From positions 142,297-206,296 of IMG/VR virus record IMGVR_UViG_3300008113_000003: a stretch of DNA of 64,000 nucleotides. The stretch is one strand, 5' to 3'. Position numbers and translations under genes: made by a program. Shown here piece after piece: positions 8,910 to 18,820 of the stretch. The notes beneath the pieces were generated by a model. That model made no database searches. It saw only the letters and a list, made by a program, of their open reading frames with translations, and was not told the origin of the DNA. Each line of letters begins with the position of its first letter. Positions within the stretch are counted from its first letter, which is position 1.

Positions 8910-10688
8910 ATGCAGTTACCGATAGAAAAGAGAGCGCTGGATATATTAAAAACATATAAAGGGTCAAATGACTACATATTGGGTATACAAAAGACCTACT
9001 TTACGAGTAAAAGTTTTATACCAACAAAAAACCAAAGTGATTACATTATTAAAAACGGTAATGTTGATCCAGTTGTTGTTAACAAATTATTCGACATTAG
9101 TAAATCTTGTAGACCTTTTATTGCTGAGCAATTAAAACTAGATTTTATACCAGACAAAATATTCATAAACAAATTACTTAGCAGAAAGGAGAACTTTTTA
9201 CACATTTATGGTTGTTTTGAAGAGGGTTGTGATCAATACTACACCTTCTATATTTCAAAGGAATGTGTTAAAGTTAGCAGACCTGAACCAGAAATTGACC
9301 CAACAAAATATGAAAGGGACCCAAAACCGCACCAAATAACAGCGATTAAAAAATTATTGACAAACGATAAATTTATCTTGGCCGATGAAATGGGCCTTGG
9401 TAAAACCACGTCAGCTATTATTGCGGCTATGGAAGGTCAATTCAAAAAAATATTGGTTGTTTGTCCAGCATCACTTAAACTTAACTGGAAAATTGAGATT
9501 TCAAACTATGATTCTCCAGATAATATCAGTGTTGTTGACGGAAGTAATCTTACTGTAAAAAAATGGACAATTGTAAACTACGACATTCTTAAGAATTTTC
9601 ACCATTTACCTAGACGTGGTGTTAAAACAGCTGATCTACCTATTTCACCGATTGACTATCATAAATTTGATTTAGTTATTGCTGATGAAGCTCATTATCT
9701 TAAAAACGCTGCATCAAATAGAACCAAAATATTTAATGATTTTGCCATGAAAATACCAGTAAGATGGTTATTGACAGGTACTCCGATCACAAATAAACCA
9801 ATCGATTTCTATAATCTTTTATATTTGTGTGAATCACCTGTTGCCTCTAACTGGGTTGGTTATGTTAAAAGATATTGTGCTGGTAGACAATTTAACCGAA
9901 AAGGTACCAAACAAAAGTATTGGGTTTGTTCAGGATCATCAAACCTAGAAGAGTTGAAAGATTTTTCAGCCGATGTAATTTTAAGAAGAACTAAGAACGA
10001 TTCTATTGATTTACCACAAAAGACGATCAAACCTGTTTATTTACCACTAGAATTCTCAACTAGCTATAACGCCTATATTGATGAGTATGAAGCTTGGATT
10101 GAGGAAATGGAAGCTGCTGGTGAAAAACCAACAATTACCGATCACTTAACAAAATTGATCAAAGTTAGGCAGTTATTATCTTACGATAAGATTGCACACA
10201 CAATTGAAATGGCGGAAGAAATGTTGGAGAATGGTCAGAAAGTAATTATATTTAGTTGTTTTACAAACACAATCAAAGAGTTACAAGCTCATTTTGGTAA
10301 AAAAGCTGTGACAATTGATGGGTCGGTTTCAAAAGAAAAAAGACAACAAGCTGTTGATGCATTTCAAAATGATGATAAAATAACTGTTTTCTTGGGTAAT
10401 ATTGTAGCCGCTGGGGTTGGTTTAACTTTAACTGAAAGTAGCGTTGTAATATTCAATGATTTGGATTGGACACCAGCTAATCACATGCAAGCTGAGGATA
10501 GGGCACATAGAATTGGTCAACAAAACCAGGTTCATATCATTTACCCATTATTTGCCGACACCTTAGATATGATTATGTATAAGGCGCTCCAAAGTAAAAT
10601 GAAGATTATTAGTACGATTATGGGTGATAACCCATCTGAAGAGGAAATATCAGTTGGTAAAGAGGTTATTATGCACCTTAGACGTTAA
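8910..10688 (+). CDS. SNF2-family (SMARCAL1/HARP-like) helicase / translocase
   Basis: ILADEMGLGKT (motif I), DEAH (II), LLTGTP (III), GVGLTLT and QAEDRAHRIGQ (V/VI). Confidence 0.92.
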   Translation: MQLPIEKRALDILKTYKGSNDYILGIQKTYFTSKSFIPTKNQSDYIIKNGNVDPVVVNKLFDISKSCRPFIAEQLKLDFIPDKIFINKLLSRKENFLHIYGCFEEGCDQYYTFYISKECVKVSRPEPEIDPTKYERDPKPHQITAIKKLLTNDKFILADEMGLGKTTSAIIAAMEGQFKKILVVCPASLKLNWKIEISNYDSPDNISVVDGSNLTVKKWTIVNYDILKNFHHLPRRGVKTADLPISPIDYHKFDLVIADEAHYLKNAASNRTKIFNDFAMKIPVRWLLTGTPITNKPIDFYNLLYLCESPVASNWVGYVKRYCAGRQFNRKGTKQKYWVCSGSSNLEELKDFSADVILRRTKNDSIDLPQKTIKPVYLPLEFSTSYNAYIDEYEAWIEEMEAAGEKPTITDHLTKLIKVRQLLSYDKIAHTIEMAEEMLENGQKVIIFSCFTNTIKELQAHFGKKAVTIDGSVSKEKRQQAVDAFQNDDKITVFLGNIVAAGVGLTLTESSVVIFNDLDWTPANHMQAEDRAHRIGQQNQVHIIYPLFADTLDMIMYKALQSKMKIISTIMGDNPSEEEISVGKEVIMHLRR

Positions 10689-11860
10689 TGTTGTAGCAAA
10701 TAGCTCCCTTTAACATCTTTTCTCTGAGCACCAACATCACTATCACCAGTTGGTAATACAATCACATTGTATTTAAGTGGTTCTCCTTGCGTTGTTGGTA
10801 GTTCATCTGTGTATACGATTGATTCGTAAGGTACGTTGTATTTAACACTTATACGGTTCTTTAAACTTTCTTTAGCCGCATCATCAATAAATGTCGCTTT
10901 ACCTTTTTCATCTTTAACATAATGAGGACCCTCTTTTTTGAAAATATCTTTAAATAATTCTTTTGGTACTATTTTAGAAATTTTAGCTGTTTCTGTATCG
11001 ACTTTAGCTGTTTCTTTCTTATTTGCATCATCCGAAAAATTCATAACAAAGTTTGGATCAGCAATATTAGCGATATCCCCCATTTTTGTATACGCATAAG
11101 ACTCAACGTTGTAACCAGCTTCAAGTAATTGATTTGTTACACTAATTGCTATATCATAGTATCTTTTAGCAAAAAAATCACCCGCATCGTTCCATCTCAA
11201 GATTAATTTAATATCAACCTTATCTTTTTTTGATTGTCTTTTAAGACTATAAGCTAAAGGGTCTAATTCATCCATTATTATGTTTTCATAAGTTTCTGGA
11301 TCGTTTAATAGTAAATTAAGTCTTTGTGTATATTTTAGGTTTTTACCATCGTTCATAATGTAGAAACCTTTTCTAGCGTAGCAATCAATCGCACAAGATC
11401 CAGCCCCAGGACAAGTATTTATTGTGTAGAATTTACCTTGGTCCTTATCGTAAAGAATACTTCTTAACGCTGGTATACCAGTATTAACAGTATATTGTAA
11501 ACCACCCCTATCACTTTTTTCCATTTTAGGGTTTCTATCAAATATTTGTTTTGGTAATGCCGTAATTTGTTTAATAAAATGGTCGATATCTATTTCACCC
11601 TCGTTATCAGTTGGTATATTACCACCACTAATAATAGGTTCATTTGCACTTATCTTACCCCTATCTTTTGACGGTTTACCTAATCTATCTAGTTGCGAAT
11701 TTAACATACTAACAACAGATTCTGGGGATAAACAACTCTTTTTAACATCACTAAAATCCTTTTCCCAGTCAACCTCAGATATATTTGTAGACTCATTTAA
11801 ACGAAAACTAAATAATTCTTTTGTTCTGAGTATTGCGTTATTAAATTTGTTATTGGTCAT
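10685..11860 (-). CDS. Gp88-family phage protein (Cys-cluster); likely start ATG 11860
   Basis: TCPGAGSCAIDCYARKG and LRWNDAGDFF motifs typical of the mycobacteriophage gene-88 family. Confidence 0.7.
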   Translation of the reverse strand: MTNNKFNNAILRTKELFSFRLNESTNISEVDWEKDFSDVKKSCLSPESVVSMLNSQLDRLGKPSKDRGKISANEPIISGGNIPTDNEGEIDIDHFIKQITALPKQIFDRNPKMEKSDRGGLQYTVNTGIPALRSILYDKDQGKFYTINTCPGAGSCAIDCYARKGFYIMNDGKNLKYTQRLNLLLNDPETYENIIMDELDPLAYSLKRQSKKDKVDIKLILRWNDAGDFFAKRYYDIAISVTNQLLEAGYNVESYAYTKMGDIANIADPNFVMNFSDDANKKETAKVDTETAKISKIVPKELFKDIFKKEGPHYVKDEKGKATFIDDAAKESLKNRISVKYNVPYESIVYTDELPTTQGEPLKYNVIVLPTGDSDVGAQRKDVKGSYLLQH

Positions 11861-11880
11861 AATATTCCCGTATTTAAAAG

Positions 11881-11895
11881 TATTTATTATAAATA
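11881..11895. promoter_or_regulatory. Overlapping divergent candidate late promoters
   Basis: TATTTATT on + (11881-11888) before the neck gene; TATTTATA on - (11888-11895) before the Gp88-like gene. Confidence 0.55.
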
Positions 11896-11903
11896 TTAGG
11901 AAC

Positions 11904-12995
11904 ATGAGAATAAATCCAACCGAAAAGCAAAAAATATACAAACAAGCCAAACATAGGCTTGGGGCTCCTATTAGGAAGATTCAATTAGAAGATGAACAAA
12001 TGGACTCACTTCTTGAAATCGCTACAGAAGATTATGTTGAGTTTATTAATAATTGGTTGATTGAACACCAATGGCCGAGTTTGATTGGTTTAAGCGTTAG
12101 CGAAGCTGATTTAACCAGGGCTTTTATTTATAGAACTTTTGATTTAGTCACACAATACACATACTCCTACTCAAAAATTGTTGGTTTGGGTGCTGGTGAG
12201 GGTGGTTATGTTCTTAAAAAAGATTACGTTGAGTTAGTTAAGGGTCAACAAATATATGAGATTCCAGCAAATAGAGAGATAAATGAAGTGTTATGGTTTA
12301 CACCAGCTTCATTGGATCAATCTGTAATCGACCCATTCTTAGGTGTTTGGAACAATCAATTCGGTGCCGAATATATGGGTTTGGGTAGTTATTACATTTT
12401 ACCAGCTTTTGACATTTTAATGAGAACAACGGATAGAAACCTTAAAAATAGGATGATTCGTTCTGAGTTAATATATAAGATCACAAATGCGCCTGATGGC
12501 AAAAAATATCTTCATTTAATGAATACGCCAGGTGGTAAATTTGACTTTAGGGGTTCAATGCTAGATCAAGGTAAATGTTGGTATTGGTATTATGATATTA
12601 ACCCATTAATTAAAGATGATTGTTTGGCAAAAAACAAAGATATCATTAAATCACCAGCTGATGTTCCTCTGGATGATATATCATTTGATGACCTAAATGA
12701 TCCAGCTAAAGTTTGGATTAGAAGATATTTTATTGCTTTGTGTAAAGAAACTTTGGGTAGAGTAAGAGGTACTTTTGGTGGTAAAATACCAGTTCCAGAC
12801 GCAAATATGGAAATTGAATACCAGTCACTTTTATCAGAAGGTAAGGATGAAATGGTTACACTTAAAAAAGAATTAGAGGACAGAATGTTCAAATTAAACC
12901 CATTGGAAATTCTTAAAAGAATGTCTACTGAGGCTGAAGAAATTAACAAAGCTCTTAAATACAGAGCGTTCCAAAAACCAATTAAGATTATATAA
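11904..12995 (+). CDS. Neck / head-tail adaptor protein (T4 gp13-like); likely start ATG 11904
   Basis: RLGAPIRKIQLEDEQMD...WIRRYFIALCKETLGRVRGTF...EGKDE pattern. Confidence 0.75.
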   Translation: MRINPTEKQKIYKQAKHRLGAPIRKIQLEDEQMDSLLEIATEDYVEFINNWLIEHQWPSLIGLSVSEADLTRAFIYRTFDLVTQYTYSYSKIVGLGAGEGGYVLKKDYVELVKGQQIYEIPANREINEVLWFTPASLDQSVIDPFLGVWNNQFGAEYMGLGSYYILPAFDILMRTTDRNLKNRMIRSELIYKITNAPDGKKYLHLMNTPGGKFDFRGSMLDQGKCWYWYYDINPLIKDDCLAKNKDIIKSPADVPLDDISFDDLNDPAKVWIRRYFIALCKETLGRVRGTFGGKIPVPDANMEIEYQSLLSEGKDEMVTLKKELEDRMFKLNPLEILKRMSTEAEEINKALKYRAFQKPIKII

Positions 12996-14650
12996 TGTTT
13001 TATACAGCCCTAGATAATAGTGATTATTTTGATTTAATTGTCACAAAAGATTGTCGTGATTTTTATCGTGATTATAACGAATGTAATTTAATAAATATTA
13101 ATATTACTGAAAATCTATGCTCAATACCTGGGAGTATTCAAACAGAAGAAGTTGAATTAAAAAACATAACGTTAACAGGTTATGATAATTTTTTTATACC
13201 CAACGGAGAGATATCAAATATCAATAATTTCACGGGTGACACAATAGGATACACTGTGAATGAAAATATTGTTGTTGACGTTAATAAAGATTTAACATAT
13301 GTTATTGAAACTGGTGATACTTTTTGTTTTCATGAAATATCTGGTTATAGCGGAAATTACTGTTATGAGATTGATCACCTAAATGTTGACAATGGTATAT
13401 ACTATAATAAATTAAATGGCGGTTTTTACCAGGGATTCTACAAAATTTTTGGTGAAAATGTTGAGTGGTTCCCAGCTAGAGCAAAAATGGGTTGGACCGT
13501 TGATATGGTTGTCCATTTCCCAATGGATGTACCAGGTAGTTCAGGGTCATCTGGTAGTTCAGGGTCTTCTGGATCATCTGGCAGTTCTGGTTCTTTTGGG
13601 TCTTCTGGATCATCAGGTAGTTCTGGGTCATCTGGTAGTTCAGGGTCTTCTGGATCATCTGGTAATTGCGTAACTCTAAATAAAGTATATCCAAATAATA
13701 GCGGTTTTATTTTTTATCTGGGGACAAGAGCTGAAAATAAATTTGCTGATAAAACTGATATTGAAATTCAAAGATTTGAGGATAATTACGACATAGTACC
13801 TCTAAACACAACAAATTTATTTACCTATAATAACCTAATAACATTAAATGGTTTAACGAATTATATTGGTTATTTTAATTATTATAATGGTTTAATGTAT
13901 ACTGGTAGAAATTATACAGTAGACTCACAACCTTTACAATACCACCAAGAATATAGTGATCTCACGTATAATGCGTTTGGTATAAGAGTCACCAATGATG
14001 GTAGAATCGGTTACAGAACAATATACCCAACTGATATATGTTATACAGGCGTAACCCAAGAAGTTAGTGGTATAACAAACAACTCGTTTATTATGGACCC
14101 AATTGATGACTGTGTTAATTATACAAGATCACTAATTGTTACAAAATATTTTACAATAGAGGAGTGTTATACAAAAAACCCTGTTATTGATGTAACGGAA
14201 AATAAATTCTTGAATATAACTGGTGTATTTGAAAGAGATTTTTCTTATGGGAATAACTGTCAGTTAAAATATGGTGATTATAAAAAAGGTACCTTCTCAA
14301 TATACCTTAATGGGTTCTTAGTTTTTAGGAATAGGAATTTTGTTGAGGTGATACCACATGAATTAGATATTGATTCGAAATACCAGGAAGGTGTCCCCTT
14401 TAATATTTCATTTGGTGGTGGGACCCAAAGCTTAATCGACCCTGTGGTATTTGATGAAAACAAAGTACTTGGTACTGTTTTAGAAAGATTTTTTGCTGGA
14501 ACATTCCTAGGTGGTGTTAAATCAATTAAAATGTATTGTGTACCATTGTACACTGTTGAGGTTAAAAAAGAATTTAGAAATATTGCGGGTATATATAATT
14601 TGCCGATAATAAAGGGTGGTAGACAGATATTTATAAAAAATTTATTCTAA
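12995..14650 (+). CDS. Putative virion structural protein with an internal (GSS)14 tract
   Basis: 551 aa, beta-rich; co-transcribed with the neck gene. Confidence 0.55.
   Translation: MFYTALDNSDYFDLIVTKDCRDFYRDYNECNLININITENLCSIPGSIQTEEVELKNITLTGYDNFFIPNGEISNINNFTGDTIGYTVNENIVVDVNKDLTYVIETGDTFCFHEISGYSGNYCYEIDHLNVDNGIYYNKLNGGFYQGFYKIFGENVEWFPARAKMGWTVDMVVHFPMDVPGSSGSSGSSGSSGSSGSSGSFGSSGSSGSSGSSGSSGSSGSSGNCVTLNKVYPNNSGFIFYLGTRAENKFADKTDIEIQRFEDNYDIVPLNTTNLFTYNNLITLNGLTNYIGYFNYYNGLMYTGRNYTVDSQPLQYHQEYSDLTYNAFGIRVTNDGRIGYRTIYPTDICYTGVTQEVSGITNNSFIMDPIDDCVNYTRSLIVTKYFTIEECYTKNPVIDVTENKFLNITGVFERDFSYGNNCQLKYGDYKKGTFSIYLNGFLVFRNRNFVEVIPHELDIDSKYQEGVPFNISFGGGTQSLIDPVVFDENKVLGTVLERFFAGTFLGGVKSIKMYCVPLYTVEVKKEFRNIAGIYNLPIIKGGRQIFIKNLF
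13535..13663 (+). repeat. (Gly-Ser-Ser)14-Gly coding repeat with one Phe substitution
   Basis: 43 codons read directly; codon usage is mixed. Confidence 0.95.
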
Positions 14651-15051
14651 TGATATTCAGTATAAGACAAAATGCAACATTACCTATCTTAAAAATGAAA
14701 GTTTTTAGAGATGGACGCAACGATTTTAGACGCTTTGAGGAGTTGATTGAAAATTGTGTGGCCACATTTGCCATGAAAGATGAAAAAACTGGTATATATA
14801 AAGTTGCTAATAAAGCTGCAAATGTTGTACTTGAAAATCCTTGTGATGAAAATGGTTACAAACATTATATCATAACATACCAGTTTACAAAAGATGACAC
14901 GGACAAACCTGGGGTTTTTCTTGGTGAGTTTAAATTAACGTTATTCGATCTTGCCAACCCAACAGAAGTCTATGGCGAACTAATAGCCCCTATTCAAGAG
15001 GAACTATACATACACATCTTAGATTCATTCGTAAAAACAGATATTATTTAA
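14650..15051 (+). CDS. BppU-N-like Ig-fold virion protein
   Basis: FSIRQNATLPILKM...YQFTKDDTDKPGVFLGEFKL pattern. Confidence 0.55.
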   Translation: MIFSIRQNATLPILKMKVFRDGRNDFRRFEELIENCVATFAMKDEKTGIYKVANKAANVVLENPCDENGYKHYIITYQFTKDDTDKPGVFLGEFKLTLFDLANPTEVYGELIAPIQEELYIHILDSFVKTDII

Positions 15052-15056
15052 GTTTT

Positions 15057-15087
15057 TTTGTTTTTTTAGATTTTATACTTATATTTG
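15057..15087 (+). promoter_or_regulatory. Bacteroidota-type housekeeping promoter for the DNA polymerase
   Basis: TTTG (15057-15060), 19-nt spacer, TATATTTG (15080-15087). Confidence 0.7.
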
Positions 15088-15097
15088 TGCCAAAATA

Positions 15098-18000
15098 ATG
15101 ATTATGGCCGAATACAAGATTTCCCTTGAAGAGATAGAAAAGTTTTTAAATGGGCACGATGATGAGAAATACATCGTGAATGTTGAGTACGATGCCGAAA
15201 CTAATCTGATCCATAAAGTTAAACAAGATCCAGAAAGGGGTAATTATATTGAAACCGAACCATTACTCGCTTTCATGTGGATTAAAAACCTTAATAAAAT
15301 TAAGGAACTAACCAATTTTTACGGTAATAGTGATGCCAAAATTAAGTCCGCTAGACAAAGATTTGGTATTGAAATCAAAGCTTTAGGTGGTGACCACCCA
15401 AAGTTAATTGACGGTTATAGGTATTTGGTTACATGTAATCAGGGTCACAAAAGAATGTTAGATTTTTTTAGAGAGGGTGGTATTTTTGTTTACGACAAAA
15501 GACATGATATTAACACTCATTTCTTAATGATATCACCTGTCGAGCAGTATTTTATACATACTGGTAAGCGTTTGTTTAAGGGATTTGAAGAATACGATGA
15601 GATTCACAAATTTATATTTGACTTAGAGACAACAGGGTTAGACCCAGCCATCAATCGTATTTTCTTGATTGGTATCTACACCAATTTAGGCGTTAGAGAA
15701 ATCATACCCGTTGAAGATGATGATGAATCTGAAAGACAAGCCATTACAAAATTCTTTGAGAAAATTAATGAGATTAAACCAACCATCATTGCTGGTTATA
15801 ATAGTGCAAACTTTGACTGGCCATTCTTCTTTAAAAGATGTGAAATTCTTGGTTTAAATATTCAGGATATCGCAATTACCTTAAAAGTTGGTGAATTAAT
15901 CAACAACAAAGATAGTATTTTAAAGCTGGGTAACGAGGTTGAGGACTACACCCAAACTAATATGTTTGGTTATAGCGTTATCGATATCATACACTCAGCT
16001 AGACGTGCACAAGCAATTGATTCAAGCATGAAATCGGTTGGTTTGAAATATGTTTGTAAGTATAACAAGATTGCAAAAAAGAATCGTGTTTATATTGTTG
16101 GTGATAAAATTGGTAACACATGGTACTCAAAAGATAAATTTTATTTTGATGATAGAACAGGTGCCTACTCTAAAACAAAACCAGCTTTGGAGTTCATGGA
16201 TTACATTCGTAGAGAAGATGTTCAGGCTAACCCAGATAAAGTGTTTGTTTTTGGTGATAATATTTTAAGACAAGGACTTGGCGGTCAGGCAAAAGAAATG
16301 CGTGGAGAACCGAATGTCATTGGTATCGTAACCAAGCACACCCCAGAATCAACACCAGAATCTTATTTCAATGATAAGGATTTTGAAATACTTAAAAAAC
16401 ACATAGATTCCGATATTAATCAAATAATCGAAAAGATTAAAGAAGGTAAGACAATCGTTTTCCCTAAAATGGGTATCGGTACAGGTTTGGCTCAGTTAGA
16501 TATGAGAGCCCCAAAAACATTCAAGTATCTAAAGGGTTTATTAAGTGCGTTACGTGATTACATTAATACTTTTCAAGAAGTTGATGGTAGATATATCGTT
16601 GAGCGTTACTTGATTGATGACTTATGGGAAACTATGGAAGTGGACGATGTTTATAACCAGTCATCGTTCTTGTTAGCTAAATTAGTACCAACAACATATC
16701 AAAGGGTTTCTACCATGGGTACAGCTGGTCTATGGAAATTATTGATGATGACGTATTCATTTGAAAATGATTTGGCAATACCAGTATCGGATGTTAAAAG
16801 AGATTACACAGGTGGTTTATCAAGATTATTTAAAGTTGGTTATTCAACCACTTTAAGAAAGATGGACTACAACTCACTTTACCCAGCTATTCAGTTGGCC
16901 CATGATGTATTCCCAAGTGTTGATGTTAACGGTGCGATGAAATCGATGTTAAAGTATTTCCACACCGAACGTTTTAAAGCTAAAAACTTAGCCAGCAAAT
17001 ACAAAAAAGAAGGTAATTACCAATTGGCTGACAAATATAAACGTAAACAATTACCACTTAAGATCTTTATTAACTCGATGTTCGGTGCCCTTGGTGCACC
17101 TATGGCTTTCCAATGGGCTGAAATTGATGTCAGTGAACGTATTACTTGTACGGCAAGACAATACTTAAGATTAATGGTTACATTCTTCCTTAAACGTGGG
17201 TACACGCCTTTAGTACTTGATACGGATGGTGTTAACTTCATGGCACCAAAGAACGGTGAGCCATTTACCTATATCGGTAAGGGTTTAAATGATGAGGTTG
17301 AAGCTGGTAAAGAATATACTGGTGTTAAAGCTGTGGTAGCTGAATTTAATGACACCTATATGCGTGGTGAGATGGGTCTTGGTTTAGATGGTATTTGGCC
17401 AGCGACAATTAACTTATCTAGGAAAAATTACGCTTTACTAGAAGATGACGGGTCAATTAGTTTAACTGGTAACAGTATCAAATCAAAAGCTATGCCCGTT
17501 TACATTGAAGAGTTTTTGGGTAAGGGTATGAAAATGTTATTGAATGGTCATGGCTATGAGTTTGTACAATATTACTACGAATACGCTGAGAAAGTGTGTA
17601 ATAGAGAAATACCTTTAGCTAAGATTGCCACAAAAGCTAGGGTTAAGAAGTCGATAAATGCTTATATAAATCGTGGTGGTGATAAAAATGGTAAGCAGTT
17701 GGCAAAACAAGCTCACATGGAGTTGGCAATAAAACATAATCTTGATGTTAATCTTGGTGATACAATTTATTATGTTAATAATGGTAAAACAAAATCACAT
17801 GGTGATGCCCAAGAAAATAAGGATGGGGAAATGTATGCAACATTGGTACCAAATGAAATTATTGAAAACCAACCAGATTATATTGGTGAATACAATGTAC
17901 CTAAATATTTAGAAGCCTTAAATAAAAAGGTTGAACCTTTATTAGTTGCGTTTCCACTTGAAGTTAGAGATAAAATTTTAATTAAAAAATCTGGCGAAAG

Positions 18001-18202
18001 AACAATGTTCTTAAGATCTGAGTTAGATTTGGTAAACGACCAACCTACAGATATTGAAGACCAAGACACTTTAGAAGAATTTTTTACCCCATCTCAAATG
18101 GAAAAAGAATTCTGGGCTAAAATGAATTATGAATCAGATTATTGGTTTTCAGATAAAATAACTTTCAAAATACCTGGTTTAGACGAAGAATTTACGGTAT
18201 AG
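15098..18202 (+). CDS. polB: Family B DNA polymerase with 3'-5' exonuclease and an inserted domain
   Basis: ExoI FDLETTG, ExoII YNSANFD, ExoIII YLIDD; polymerase motifs DYNSLYP, KIFINSMFG and DTDG. Confidence 0.95.
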   Translation: MIMAEYKISLEEIEKFLNGHDDEKYIVNVEYDAETNLIHKVKQDPERGNYIETEPLLAFMWIKNLNKIKELTNFYGNSDAKIKSARQRFGIEIKALGGDHPKLIDGYRYLVTCNQGHKRMLDFFREGGIFVYDKRHDINTHFLMISPVEQYFIHTGKRLFKGFEEYDEIHKFIFDLETTGLDPAINRIFLIGIYTNLGVREIIPVEDDDESERQAITKFFEKINEIKPTIIAGYNSANFDWPFFFKRCEILGLNIQDIAITLKVGELINNKDSILKLGNEVEDYTQTNMFGYSVIDIIHSARRAQAIDSSMKSVGLKYVCKYNKIAKKNRVYIVGDKIGNTWYSKDKFYFDDRTGAYSKTKPALEFMDYIRREDVQANPDKVFVFGDNILRQGLGGQAKEMRGEPNVIGIVTKHTPESTPESYFNDKDFEILKKHIDSDINQIIEKIKEGKTIVFPKMGIGTGLAQLDMRAPKTFKYLKGLLSALRDYINTFQEVDGRYIVERYLIDDLWETMEVDDVYNQSSFLLAKLVPTTYQRVSTMGTAGLWKLLMMTYSFENDLAIPVSDVKRDYTGGLSRLFKVGYSTTLRKMDYNSLYPAIQLAHDVFPSVDVNGAMKSMLKYFHTERFKAKNLASKYKKEGNYQLADKYKRKQLPLKIFINSMFGALGAPMAFQWAEIDVSERITCTARQYLRLMVTFFLKRGYTPLVLDTDGVNFMAPKNGEPFTYIGKGLNDEVEAGKEYTGVKAVVAEFNDTYMRGEMGLGLDGIWPATINLSRKNYALLEDDGSISLTGNSIKSKAMPVYIEEFLGKGMKMLLNGHGYEFVQYYYEYAEKVCNREIPLAKIATKARVKKSINAYINRGGDKNGKQLAKQAHMELAIKHNLDVNLGDTIYYVNNGKTKSHGDAQENKDGEMYATLVPNEIIENQPDYIGEYNVPKYLEALNKKVEPLLVAFPLEVRDKILIKKSGERTMFLRSELDLVNDQPTDIEDQDTLEEFFTPSQMEKEFWAKMNYESDYWFSDKITFKIPGLDEEFTV
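16199..16564 (+). other. About 119-aa macrodomain-like insertion within PolB
   Basis: VFVFGDNILRQGLGGQAKEMRGEPNVIGIVTK...VFPKMGIGTGLA; flanked by a GATTACATT direct repeat. Confidence 0.6.
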
Positions 18203-18226
18203 TTGAAATATTACTTAAATTACCGA

Positions 18227-18234
18227 TATTTATA
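18227..18234 (+). promoter_or_regulatory. Candidate late promoter TATTTATA
   Basis: GATATTTATA 13 nt upstream of the ATG at 18248. Confidence 0.55.
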
Positions 18235-18247
18235 GATAAAATATCGA

Positions 18248-18820
18248 ATGTCACAAAGTAATAATATAAAAGAATTTATTGATCAGGATGGTGATATAAT
18301 CAGTGGTGACAAAAAATACATTGATTACACTAGCACAACCCATGATACAACCGATGCTACTATTTTGAAAACAAGACAACCGTTTGTTTTTCAAAACTAT
18401 AGAAGATATTACGGTGAATCTGTACTACCTTTTAATAACGAAGCTGACTATTGTAAAGGTAACCCTAAAAAGTTTTATGAGTTTTTAGAAAAAAAGGGTA
18501 TGGAGCATACTTTTGAGGACTACTTCACTGAGGTAAAACCCAAAAAAGATGTTAAACCAGTAATTGACCCAAAAGATAAGCTAAAAGAAATCGCTAAAGA
18601 AAAAGCGTTTAAAATGCTTGAAGACCTTCTTTCAAAAAGAACTGATAGTGATTACCTTATCTCGAAAGAGATGCCAACGAGCATTGAAGAGGTTAAAGAT
18701 AAAGAAAAATTACTTTTTGATAAATTTGACAAGATAGTTGAATTTTTCAGAGACAACCTAAATGAAGGGGAGAAAAAATTATTACTTTCTTATTTTGAAA
18801 ACTCATTAAAAAATGGATAA
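18248..18820 (+). CDS. Hypothetical protein (possible head-associated)
   Basis: 190-aa ORF, charged. Confidence 0.55.
   Translation: MSQSNNIKEFIDQDGDIISGDKKYIDYTSTTHDTTDATILKTRQPFVFQNYRRYYGESVLPFNNEADYCKGNPKKFYEFLEKKGMEHTFEDYFTEVKPKKDVKPVIDPKDKLKEIAKEKAFKMLEDLLSKRTDSDYLISKEMPTSIEEVKDKEKLLFDKFDKIVEFFRDNLNEGEKKLLLSYFENSLKNG

Noticed and set aside
11861-11950. N-terminal extensions given by the ORF track for the Gp88-like (11950) and neck (11847) genes
   Set aside because: They overlap each other and the shared promoter region; the ATGs at 11860 and 11904 fit better.
13535-13663. CRISPR array or VNTR at the periodic repeats (also 48640-48819 and 60150-64000)
   Set aside because: All are in-frame coding repeats without unique spacers, and no cas genes are present.
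16199-16564. Intein or intron explanation for the PolB insertion
   Set aside because: No Cys/Ser start, no His-Asn end, no LAGLIDADG or HINT motifs, and the reading frame is continuous.
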